Assembly (NCBI GenBank): GCA_964291215.2
Contig: OZ219791.1
Span: 352,001-416,000 of the forward strand
Direction: 5' to 3'
DNA from: Alphaproteobacteria bacterium
GTDB taxonomy: Bacteria > Pseudomonadota > Alphaproteobacteria > MPNO01 > UBA830
Length of the DNA: 64,000 bases
The notes below the pieces were generated by a model, which made no database searches, was not told the DNA's origin, and saw only the letters and a program-made list of their open reading frames with translations. Made by a program: the position numbers and the translations under genes. Below are positions 43,020 through 53,232 of this stretch, one piece after another (the stretch's first letter is position 1; each line of letters starts with the position of its first letter).

Positions 43020-44270
43020 TAGTAGTCGACCGACATTGTATTGATGGTTTTCGGTGGGTAGTATTTCCGTGTCGGCGTTCGTTGGAATCCGGGCAGTGCC
43101 GATATCCACACGGGTAAGATGCCGAACAGGCAGGCAGCTGCAGCCCCATGCGCAAGTCTGGACAACGGGCATGCCCGCAGGTCTTCGGCGCAATGACAGG
43201 AGCGTGGCCAACTCTCAGGGCAGAAAGCTCTACCGGGTGACCCTTTCGGCACAGGAGCGCCGGGATCTGAAGGCGATCGGGCACCGGGGCCGCCTGGCGC
43301 CGGGCACCGGTCCTGATGCTGAGGGGCGCTTGTCGATGCCGACATTGCGCAAGGGCTGGGCATCGGCACGGCGACGGTCGAGCGTTTGCGCAAGCGCTGC
43401 GTCCTAGAGGGGCTGGACGCCGCCCTCAGCCGCAAGGAGCAGGTGAACCGTCGGCCAAAACGGCTCGACGGGGCGATGGAGGCGAAGCTGATCGCCCTGC
43501 TCGTCCCCGCCCGAGGGCTGTGGACGCTGAAGCTGCTTGCCGGCCGTCTGGTGGAGATCGTCGAGCGCATTTCGGAAGAGACGGTCAGGAAGACGCTAAA
43601 AAAAAGAGATCAAGCCGTGGCTGAAGCAGTACTGGTGCATTCCACCGCACCGGAGCGCACAGTTCGTAGCGGCGATGGAGGATGTGCTTGACACTTATCA
43701 GCGGGACTTTGCCAAGGACGAGGTGCTGGTGTGCATGGATGAGACCAGCCGGCAGCAGACGAAGGAAACCCGCATCCCCCGTCCTCCGGTCAGCCGGAGG
43801 TGGTCGACTATGAATATGAGCGCAACGGCACGGCCAACCTCTTCATGGCCTTTGCGCCCAACGAGAACTGGCGCACGGTGAAAGTCACCGACCGCCGCGG
43901 GACTGGGCGCACTTCATCCGGGAGCTTGCCGATGTTCATTTCCCCGACAGAAAGATCGTGCTGGACAATCTGAACACGCACAGTCGCTGTATGAAGCCTT
44001 CGAGCCCGAGGAGGCGGGTGCGAAAGCGGTTCGAGTTTCGCTATACGCCGAAGCACGGAAGCTGGCTCAACATGGCCGAGATCGGTGCGCTGTCGCGGCA
44101 ATGCCTTCGGCGACGCATTCCCGACCGCGACACCATGCTGCGGGAGACGGCGGCGTGGGTGGAACGGCGCAATGCGGCCGATGTCGCTGTCGACTGGCGT
44201 TTCACGACGAAGGATGCCCGGACGAAACTGAAGTCTCTATATCCATCAATGCAATAATGTCAGAATACTA
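43020..44270 (+). mobile_element. IS630-family element, copy 1 (degenerate)
   Basis: CTAG at both ends, A8 frameshift run at 43598, CMDE, DNLNTH, TPKHGSWLNMAE and KLKSLYP motifs. Confidence 0.88.
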
Positions 44271-44272
44271 GT

Positions 44273-44521
44273 TTACTCAAGCGGGCGGGCGGTGTAGTAG
44301 AACAGATTATTACCGTTCGTCCAAAAGATGCCGCCCTCTTCGGAAATTTCCAGCAGATTAGGGCGTTTTCCTGTCACAGAATCGATAATCTCGTGAGGCT
44401 CAAGCGTCCGGCAAAGAAGCATCTTTAGGAGCGCGATCATATCCTGAGGCGAGAGCCGGACTTCTTTGGTCCATTTGTCCTGATCTCTCTCCGAGCAAGT
44501 GACTTCCCAGATTTTTTCCAT
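44273..44521 (-). CDS. Hypothetical protein (82 aa)
   Basis: Low-GC ORF with GGAGAG RBS and globular composition; no recognised family. Confidence 0.6.
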   Translation of the reverse strand: MEKIWEVTCSERDQDKWTKEVRLSPQDMIALLKMLLCRTLEPHEIIDSVTGKRPNLLEISEEGGIFWTNGNNLFYYTARPLE

Positions 44522-44561
44522 TCGTTCTCTCCGTTAGAGTAACAATTCCCAGAAATCCACG

Positions 44562-44792
44562 TTATTCCGTCAGGGCTGCGTCTAACATAGTCTTGGCAAG
44601 ATCGCCGAAATCAGCTCGGTCGATCCTAATCAACATGTATGCCGACCGTTCTCCATTTAAACACCACACTTTAATTTCAACATTGCCATCACGGTTCCCA
44701 ATGTAGACGTTCTGTCGTCCAAAATCTCGACTTAGATGTCCCGATGCGCCCGCTATCCGTACACCGTAAGAGTTAAGGAGCTTGTTTCGCAT
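44562..44792 (-). CDS. Hypothetical protein (76 aa)
   Basis: Low-GC ATG ORF, co-oriented with 44273-44521. Confidence 0.55.
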   Translation of the reverse strand: MRNKLLNSYGVRIAGASGHLSRDFGRQNVYIGNRDGNVEIKVWCLNGERSAYMLIRIDRADFGDLAKTMLDAALTE

Positions 44793-44860
44793 GTGTCTGT
44801 CTTTCTCTGTCCGATATATGAAATCTGGAGGCTGGGACGCCCCGGCCTTCAGGAACAGAT

Positions 44861-44909
44861 CGCGGGGACGGGCGCGGGCCTTCGCCTACCCAAGGCGCCC
44901 GTCCCCGCG
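44861..44909. repeat. Perfect 15-bp inverted repeat (hairpin)
   Basis: CGCGGGGACGGGCGC (44861-44875) and GCGCCCGTCCCCGCG (44895-44909). Confidence 0.85.
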
Positions 44910-45088
44910 GGTACTGTAACTTGATATCTGGAAATTTGTCTGAGGTTTGCGCTTTGAGGCGTTTCACTGGGGGGGGGGGGCGAGACCGGTAGGCATGGCG
45001 TGGCCCCTTTCCGGTTGGAGCCCGCTTGACCGTCACCGTGGCCGCACCAGGCTCAAGTTTACACACAAAGCTCTCGGAACGCACTCCC
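44909..45088 (+). mobile_element. Miniature IS256-derived remnant (left end plus a probable right end)
   Basis: About 65 bp match the reverse complement of the IS256 end at ~56125-56190; ends in TTTACACACAAA...ACTCCC. Confidence 0.6.
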
Positions 45089-45358
45089 GGGAGCTTTGTC
45101 ATTCTACCAGACATTCGAGATTTTTTCGACTCACCGCTTGCAACGATGGCGGCGATTTGACTCGTGTGCGCCAGCAAGCAACCATACTCCCTGCAAACTG
45201 ACATGGACTCTCGGCATATGCCGGGGCGCCCGCTGAATAGAACAGCCCTAGACCCGGCGAGGGTAGCTCCCAAGCCCGGCGAATAAGCGGGACCTCATGG
45301 ATTCCCATGTCGGTTTGCCAGCCCGGCACCCGCCGGGCCGGCAAACGGGGAAAATTCC

Positions 45359-45967
45359 ATGAAACGACACACACTGACCGCCGCAATCGCGGCGGCACTC
45401 CTTGCTTTCGTAAATCCAGCATGGGCGGAATGCAGGTACAAGGGCAGCGATATCATGGGCGCAAGCTCGTGCTTCTCTCCTGAGGTGCGGGAGAAGCTGC
45501 GCAATGTGCCGTTCAACATCGTCGATCTGCCCAAGGCCGAAATCACCGGCGTCAAGAAGTCCCTGCGCAACAACGCGGTCGAACACTGGACGATCTCGTT
45601 GAGCGGCAAGGGCGGATGGGTAAGGGTGCAGGTTGCGCACATGGCATTCAGCATACGAACAACATCGCTCTTCTCGAACATCGAGACGCTGCGGGCGGCA
45701 ATCCGCCGGTCGAAGGGCACCACCGGCAACATGCGCAACGAGCGTATGATGAAGACCTACGATCATCGTGCGGGGATGGTCGAGTACGAGTTGAACGATG
45801 GACGGTGGTGCATCGCCGGAGGGGCGCTTTTCGATCCCTACGAGACGAGCCAGGACCACTTCAAGCAACTGTTGCGGTTCAAGGACTGCACCGGCAAGCG
45901 CTCCACCGGCGAGGTGTTCGGATGGCTGAAATCGCTCAAGGCGGTGTCTGCCGGTTACAACCGCTGA
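45359..45967 (+). CDS. Secreted hypothetical protein
   Basis: Sec signal peptide ending AWA, four Cys, codon usage typical of high-GC genes. Confidence 0.75.
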   Translation: MKRHTLTAAIAAALLAFVNPAWAECRYKGSDIMGASSCFSPEVREKLRNVPFNIVDLPKAEITGVKKSLRNNAVEHWTISLSGKGGWVRVQVAHMAFSIRTTSLFSNIETLRAAIRRSKGTTGNMRNERMMKTYDHRAGMVEYELNDGRWCIAGGALFDPYETSQDHFKQLLRFKDCTGKRSTGEVFGWLKSLKAVSAGYNR

Positions 45968-46013
45968 TCTCGGAAGGAGCACACGCGATGAACAAGCCAA
46001 CACCACACGTAAC

Positions 46014-48685
46014 TAGTGTCATGTAATTCGTTAAATGGTATCTACTCACCCCTAGTTGGGTTCTGATTGGTCGTGGTGCTCGTTGATGATGTCTGCGGCT
46101 TTTCCGTCGAGGGCGATCTGGGTGGCAACGTGATGATTGTAGCCGAGTGCGGCCATGGAGGTGAGGTAGCTTGAGCCCCGGCACCATGCTTTTGCGTGGA
46201 GCGGAAGCATCCGGACACCTTGAGCTTGACCTTTGCCATCCTGATTTTCTGTTCTCCGGCATTGTTGGTGAAGCTGACGTCGGGGTTGTCTATGAAGCGC
46301 AGGTTTTCGTGTTTCACGAGACGTTCGTGCAGGTTGTGCGCGTCGGACTTGCGTCCACGTTTTCCTTTCGGCGGGATGTCGGGCAGTTCCCTGGCGCCCT
46401 GATGGTGCGGTAGCGCTTGCGCACGGCCCGGCGTCGTTCAGGGTCTTGGATGCGCTCTTGTTGATCTTGTGGCAGACCTCGCGGAGCAGGCTCTTCATCA
46501 GTCGCGCCCAGCGGTAGCCTCGACGACAAAGGTCAGTTCGCGCAGCAGGTGGCTGCCGCACAGCTGGTGGCTACACTGGCCCATGTACGAGGCCCAGGAC
46601 GCCCTTGTAGCACGGGCCGATCTCTTGCCCGCGCTTGCGGTGCGGGAACTTGCACGTCAGGGTCCCACGACATGAAGCCACTTACTGTTGATCCGAAATC
46701 GTCGACATCGGGCGTTGCAGGAGGTGCGCCACGGCGGCCTCCTCCCATGACGCATCGTGAAAGCATAGCTGAGGCCTCGGAGAGCTTGATGCCGGAGATC
46801 GCCTGCACGAGCGCGACGGCGCAGGGACAGCATCTGGGCGACCAGCAGGTTGATAACGAGGGCCTGGATGCCGATGCCGTACTGCACGGAATGTTGTCGG
46901 GGAACCGGCCCTTGGTCCGGGCCTTGCACTTCGGGCATTCCTCGGCGCGGCGCTCGACGACCTCGAACACGATGTCGTGCGGCGCTCCCGATCGACGGGG
47001 CCGTCGATGTCAGCGCCGCAGGCGTCGCAGGCCGCGACCGTCTCCTCGACGATGATCTTGCGCAGGTTGTCGCCCATCTGCCGGTTCGGTTTCGGGCCCT
47101 TGCCGTTGCTCCCGGCACGCTCTCGTCCTTGTCCGTCTGTGACGGCGGCAGACCGGAGTTCCGGCTCGTGCGTGGTCTTCTCCAGAAGGACGACGATGAG
47201 GATGTCGAGCAGGATGACGAGGACGCGGATCACGGCCTCTTCCGCCACCTTGCCGGCCGCACGCAGCGCCGCGGTCTTGGCCGCTTCGAACTCCTCGCGC
47301 GCCGCCCGTCGCCATCACCCGGCCTTGCGCTTCATCAGCGCGCCGCTTCCGAGATGCGTTTCCACATACAGATCATGCGGGGGCTGGAGCCCCGGAAGCA
47401 GCTGGCACAGCCCGCTCGTCGCCTTCGATCCAAAGTAGCCCACTGGCGGTCCCCATCGTTCTCGATTACCACCACTAAGCGAATCGGCATGCAGTGTCAA
47501 ATCTCCACGAAAACCCGTTCGTTGCTCTACCCCGACATCAAGCCGGAACCAGGGGGTGAGCAGTTACCGTTAAATGTCGGATAAAGGCGTTTGAGTTTCA
47601 CGCGGGCATCGTCGGTGGTGAACTGCCAATCCACCTTGGCCTGAATGCGGTCGCCTGCCAGGCGGCGACTTCCCGGCGTAGCACCTCGGTCGATGCGGCG
47701 GTTCAGGCACTGGCGGATCATGACGTTGAGTTCCACCACGTTCAGCCAACTGCCGTGCTTGGGGATGTAGACGAACTCGAATCGGTCCCACAAGGCCTCG
47801 TCCGGCGGGTAGGCCTCATAGAAGGCACCGGGGAGTGTTGCGATTGTCCATCACCAAGGTGATGGTGGTGGCGTCCTGGTAGCGCCCGGCGATGTCGGCC
47901 AGGAACTGCGCCCAGTCGATCTTGCGCTCGATCACCTTGGTCATGCGCTTGCCGGCCAGGGGTTCCGTGGCCATGAAGACGTTGCAGGTGCCACAACATC
48001 GATACTCGTAGTCGTTACGCCCGTCCCGGCGCCATGGCGATCGGTTGCCGTGTCTCGCCGATCAGGGGGCGTTTCGTCCATGCAGACCACGGGAAAGGCG
48101 GCATCATAGGGGCGGCGATAGACATCGAGCACCTTCGCTGCGGCGAAGTTGGCGTTCCCTTGAGGAGGAATCACCCACCCGCCGCCATGGCTTGAGGCAG
48201 TTTTTTCAGAACACGCCGCACCGTCTCGTGTGACACGGCGTAATCAGGCTCGACAACGCGGTCGGCCAGCAGCCGCAACGACCATTGCGCGTAACCCTCG
48301 GGCGGTTCACCACAACTCAGGGCCACCAAGCGCGCCTCGAAGGTGCCGTCGGCTTTTCGCATGTAGGTAGGACGACGTCCTTGCCGGCCACCCAATGCCG
48401 CCTCCAACCCCTCGAAACGCTTTTTCACCCGGTCTACTTTGTGCATGCTGATGCGCAGAATCTCGGCAATGACCTTCCCGGTCATCTGGCATTCATTGAA
48501 CGCGCCCTCGTCGCAGTTAAGCAGGGCGTTGATTACCTTTTGCGACAGGTGCGAGCCCTTGATCTCCGAAAGTTCTGCCCGTTCGTCCAGGGTCACCACG
48601 TAGCGTTTCATACTCCGACCTCCATCCCGAATGGACGGACAGTCTAGCACCAAATGTACGACATATCATTGCTGACATAACACTA
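46014..48685 (-). mobile_element. Second IS630-type element (degenerate), interrupted near its 3' end by IS66 copy B
   Basis: IRs TAGTGTCATGT and TAGTGTTATGT; MKRYVVTL, CMDET, PKHGSWLN and KLKRLYP fragments. Confidence 0.85.
46038..47567 (-). mobile_element. IS66-family element, copy B (pseudogenised); also carries the MTase fragment at 47315-47443
   Basis: Colinear with copy A; CGTTAAATG directly repeated at 46029-46037 and 47568-47576. Confidence 0.9.
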
Positions 48686-48703
48686 TTTAAGGAAGATATT
48701 TTC

Positions 48704-49456
48704 ATGATCATAAATAATAATAATGCAGCTTGGTATATAGGATGGGATGTCGGTGGTTGGAACTGCTGCAAGAATAAGAAAATTCGCGATGCCATAGTTA
48801 TTCTCGACGCCAAACACAAGATCGTCGGTACTCCCTGGCGCGGCAACCTGCGCGAGTGCATAAACAGTTGTTCGACGAGCATCGAGTGGATCGCTGCTCT
48901 GTTCAAATTGTGTAGAAGCAGGGTATCTCCAGAATCCGGTCCAGTGACCCTCGTCATTGACACCCCTTTGGGTCTCTCCGAAGCCTTTATCCAGCTGATA
49001 ACCCAAAGTAAGGCGGCAGCCTCCATCGGGGCATCCAAGACCAATCCCTATCTGTTTCGCCGCACTGAGCGTTATCTACTTGAGCAAGGCCTCAGACCAC
49101 TTTCGGCCATTAAGGACATGATCGGTTCCCAGGCCACGAAGGGGATGCACATCCTTGCGCGTTTTTCGCTGAAGATAGTGGAGCGCGGCGTCTGGAGTGA
49201 TGGCAGGAATCTAACCGCCATAGAGGCCTATCCTTCGGCCTGCAAATGCTCAGAAACCATTCAGAAACGGCGCCAGCGCTACTCTGCGCTCAGTCATCAA
49301 GATTGCGAGGATTCTCTGACCTGTGCATTAATCGCCAGTCTATTTGCGGAAAAGCGGGGTGCTCTTATTCCGCCTGAGGCTGACGTTTCCCCCAGTGAGG
49401 GCTGGATATGGATACCTAGAGATGCTTTTATTCAAGATGCATTGCCCTCAAACTGA
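48704..49456 (+). CDS. DUF429-like predicted nuclease (RNase H fold)
   Basis: YIGWDVGGW, VIDTPLG, IEAYP and DSLTCALIA acidic motifs; low GC; AAGGAAG RBS. Confidence 0.72.
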   Translation: MIINNNNAAWYIGWDVGGWNCCKNKKIRDAIVILDAKHKIVGTPWRGNLRECINSCSTSIEWIAALFKLCRSRVSPESGPVTLVIDTPLGLSEAFIQLITQSKAAASIGASKTNPYLFRRTERYLLEQGLRPLSAIKDMIGSQATKGMHILARFSLKIVERGVWSDGRNLTAIEAYPSACKCSETIQKRRQRYSALSHQDCEDSLTCALIASLFAEKRGALIPPEADVSPSEGWIWIPRDAFIQDALPSN

Positions 49457-49459
49457 ACC

Positions 49460-50473
49460 TAGTAAGTTTACATTATTGCATTGATGGATATAGAGACTTC
49501 AGTTTCGTCCGGGCATCCTTCGTCGTGAAACGCCAGTCGACAGCGACATCGGCCGCATTGCGCCGTTCCACCCACGCCGCCGTCTCCCGCAGCATGGTGT
49601 CGCGGTCGGGAATGCGTCGCCGAAGGCATTGCCGCGACAGCGCACCGATCTCGGCCATGTTGAGCCAGCTTCCGTGCTTCGGCGTATAGCGAAACTCGAA
49701 CCGCTTTCGCACCCGCCTCCTCGGGCTCGAAGGCTTCATACAGCGACTGTGCGTGTTCAGATTGTCCAGCACGATCTTTCTGTCGGGGAAATGAACATCG
49801 GCAAGCTCCCGGATGAAGTGCGCCCAGTCCCGCGGCGGTCGGTGACTTTCACCGTGCGCCAGTTCTCGTTGGGCGCAAAGGCCATGAAGAGGTTGGCCGT
49901 GCCGTTGCGCTCATATTCATAGTCGACCACCTCCGGCTGACCGGAGGACGGGGGATGCGGGTTTCCTTCGTCTGCTGCCGGCTGGTCTCATCCATGCACA
50001 CCAGCACCTCGTCCTTGGCAAAGTCCCGCTGATAAGTGTCAAGCACATCCTCCATCGCCGCTACGAACTGTGCGCTCCGGTGCGGTGGAATGCACCAGTA
50101 CTGCTTCAGCCACGGCTTGATCTCTTTTTTTTAGCGTCTTCCTGACCGTCTCTTCCGAAATGCGCTCGACGATCTCCACCAGACGGCCGGCAAGCAGCTT
50201 CAGCGTCCACAGCCCTCGGGCGGGGACGAGCAGGGCGATCAGCTTCGCCTCCATCGCCCCGTCGAGCCGTTTTGGCCGACGGTTCACCTGCTCCTTGCGG
50301 CTGAGGGCGGCGTCCAGCCCCTCTAGAACGCAGCGCTTGCGCAAGCGTTCGACCGTCGCCGTGCCGATGCCCAGCCCTTGCGCAATGTCGGCATCGACAA
50401 GCGCCCCTCAGCATCAGGACCTGTGCCCGGCGCTAGGCAGCCCCGGTGCCCGATCGCCTTCAGATCTCGGCGC
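49460..50473 (-). mobile_element. IS630 copy 2 (inverted duplicate of 43020-44270, 5'-truncated)
   Basis: ORF fragments identical or near-identical to copy 1; CTAG at 49459; fused to IS66 copy C. Confidence 0.9.
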
Positions 50474-52383
50474 CAACTCCGGTCTTCCGCCGTCGCAGAC
50501 GGACAAGGACGAGCGGCGCAAGGGCGCCAGCGGCAAGGGCCCGAAGCCGAACTTGCAGACGGGCGACAACTTCCGGAAGACCGTCGTCGAGGAAACGGTC
50601 GCCGTCGAGGTCTGTGACGCCTGCGGCGCCGACCTCGATGGTGTCGACCCCGTCGACCGGGGGCGTCGCACGACATCGTCTTCGAGGTCATCGAGCGTCG
50701 CGTCGACGCCGAGGTCAAGGAATGACCGGATTGCCGGACCGGGGGCGGTTTCCCGAGACCATGCTCGGGCCGCTGCAATACGGCGTCGGTCTGCAGGCCT
50801 TCGTCATCAGCCTGCTGGTCGCCCAAATGCTGTCCCTGCGCCGGGCCGTCGCGCTAGTGCAGGCGATCTCCGGGCTCAGGCTCTCTGAGGCCGCCTGCCT
50901 CGGCTACGTCAGGCGCCTGCATGACGCGCTGCACTCCAGGCCGCCATCGCCGAGCTGCTGGGAACGTCCGGCCCTGCCTGTCGACGAAACCGACTTCCGG
51001 GTCGACGGCAGGGCCCAATCGCTCCATTTCGTCACCGAGTTACGGTAGGAATGCGCATTACTGCGCACCCCCCGCACAGATTCGGACATGGACGTTAATC
51101 CATCCGCCCTCGGGTGCTTGACGGCAAACCGCTGGTCCGGCCATGGGTGGCGGATTGTTGCGCGCGGCCAAAGAATCTCGGTCATGCGCTCCAGTCGCTT
51201 CCAGTCGGACCTCTGCGGCTTTCCGTATCCGGTCCGCCGCCTGTGGCACCCGACACTGCGTTCGGCGCGTGCTTTGGTGTCCCGAATTCCCCTTGGTCGA
51301 GGCCCTTTCCTCCGCCAACTCCGCAGAAGCTCCCTTGTTCGCCGCCTTCACAGGGCCCCTTCTTCAAACCGTTCGTCACAGGCTTCGGCTTTCTCCTTCC
51401 CTGCACGGTCCCGACAGGCGGGACAGCTTGAAGATCTCCCAAGGTCCCGACAGAAGACGTACGGACGGGTTCTCTGACACCGCGGGGCGCGCCGGCATCT
51501 CACCAAATCGATGCCTGCGATGTTGCCTTCGGCCGATCCGAAAGCCTCGGCACCCCGAATCATCGTCTTTTCGGTGCTCATCAGCCCCGCTACCGACGCT
51601 TCGCCTGCCCCCTCACGGGAACCGACGCACGGCTCGCGGAGAAACGTGGTTTGGTTACTCCTTCGTTCCGGGGGACTTCCACCCCTGCCTTCTGCCAGTT
51701 CGCCTGGCACACCGGATCCCTGACGTGCAAGTTCCTGCATCGCAGGCGCGGCAGGCAGGCGATCGAGGAGATCGGCATCAGCTACACCGGCACGCTGGCC
51801 CACGACTGCCGGGCCGCATGGCTGGCCTGCGATCCATGCACCCGCCAGTTGTGCGGGTCCTGCCTGCTCAGGGAACTGACCTTCATCGTCAAGGCTACCG
51901 CCGGGCACGCGTGATGAAGAAACTGCTGCCTGCCACAGGGTTGACAAGAGCGCATCCAGGACCCTGAACGAGGCCGGGCGCAAGCGCTACCGGACCATCC
52001 TGACCCGGGGGGCGAAGGAACTGCCTGAAATCCCGCCCCGACAGAAAGGAAAACGCGGACCGATCGCGAACGCGCACAACCTCCAGGAGCGTCTCGCAAG
52101 GCATGAAGAGTCCGTCCTGCGCTTCATGAGCGACCCGGACGTCAGCTTCACCAACAACACCGGCGAGCAGAAAATCCGGATGGCAAAGGTCAGAGTGTCC
52201 GGATGCTTCCGAACCCGGCTCCACGTCGAGGCCTGGTGCCGAAGCTCAAGCTATCTCACCTCCATGGCTGCACTCGGCTACAGCCCGCTCGTCGCCATCC
52301 GGATCGCACTCGCCGGAAACGCCGCCGACATGATCAAAATGCACAACGCCAAACCCGCCTCTACGGAGGGGTTGAACAGATAC
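50474..52383 (+). mobile_element. IS66 copy C (more divergent, left end missing), interrupted by a group II intron
   Basis: NSGLPPSQTDKD, GPLQYG, VDET and FTNNTGEQ fragments; right IR ...GGGGTTGAACAGATAC. Confidence 0.85.
51039..51712 (-). ncRNA. Group II intron with the RT/maturase ORF almost entirely deleted (674 nt)
   Basis: 5' GTGTGC, 3' CCTACCGTAAC, DV/DVI-like hairpins; removing it restores transposase codons GTC ACC GA|C GGA TCC CTG; residual maturase tail HPWPDQRFAVKHPR. Confidence 0.88.
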
Positions 52384-52515
52384 GAATGGGGAATAGCTCC
52401 GACGGGCTTGCGGCACATGATCGATGGCGCGGCGTGGCCGGACCGGGCGGCTTCCGAGATTTCTTGTGCCGCAGTCAACGCCGCTCCGACAAGACCCCGG
52501 GGACCGCCACGGGGC

Positions 52516-53232
52516 TCACGGCTCCCTGCTGCCCCGGAAGCCCGTCGCAACGATATATGTCTCGGGGCTCTCGACGCGCGAAGCCTTCGGCTTCACAGTC
52601 CTGACCTTGCCGAACGCGCTGTTGATGGCCTGCATCAGTTCGCCGTGCGCGCCGCCGGCGAACGCCTTGAGAACGAGGCTGCCGCCCGGCGCCAGCACCT
52701 CCGACGCGAATGCCAGGGCCGCTTCGCCGAGCGCCATCGTTCGAAGATGATCGGTCCTCCGATGCCCGGTTAACGGAGCCGCCATGTCGCTCAGCACGAC
52801 ATAGGCGGAGCCGCCAAGCGCCGACCTCGTCATCTCCGCCACTCCGTCGTCCCGGATATCGGCCGCGAGTACCGTCGCTCCCGCAATCGGTTCGACCGGG
52901 TGAATGTCGACGGCCACCACGCGGCCCTTGCCGGCCGCCGTTTCGGCGCGGTCGACGGCTATCTGGGTCCAGCTTCCGGGTGCGGCACCGAGATCGACGA
53001 TCCTTGCGCCGCCATGGAGGAGACTGAAGCGTTCGTCGATTTCCATGAGCTTGAATGCCGCCCGCGATCTCAGCCCGAGACGCTTTGCCTCCTGGACGAA
53101 GGGGTCATTCAACTGCCGGCTCAGCCATCGCGTCGATGACGCCTTGCGGCCGCGGGCCGTCTTCACGCGGACACGGAGATTCCGCCCGCGCGGCTGAGCC
53201 GCGTTTCCGCCCGAACCGGATTTACGTGGCAC
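52516..53232 (-). CDS. rlmE: 23S rRNA U2552 2'-O-methyltransferase
   Basis: SSTRWL.RQLNDP, RSRAAFKL, DLGAAPGSW, SDMA and KPKASR..S.E.Y motifs. Confidence 0.95.
   Translation of the reverse strand: MPRKSGSGGNAAQPRGRNLRVRVKTARGRKASSTRWLSRQLNDPFVQEAKRLGLRSRAAFKLMEIDERFSLLHGGARIVDLGAAPGSWTQIAVDRAETAAGKGRVVAVDIHPVEPIAGATVLAADIRDDGVAEMTRSALGGSAYVVLSDMAAPLTGHRRTDHLRTMALGEAALAFASEVLAPGGSLVLKAFAGGAHGELMQAINSAFGKVRTVKPKASRVESPETYIVATGFRGSREP

Noticed and set aside
44861-44909. Resemblance to a type I-E CRISPR repeat (CCCCGC/GCGGGG)
   Set aside because: Single hairpin, no spacers, no cas genes.
44969-44980. G12 tract as a phase-variation switch
   Set aside because: It lies in an IS remnant junction, not in a gene or evident promoter; homopolymer length is also error-prone.
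45245-45300. tRNA-like fragment (AGCTCCCAAGC)
   Set aside because: No T-loop GTTCGA and no acceptor stem.
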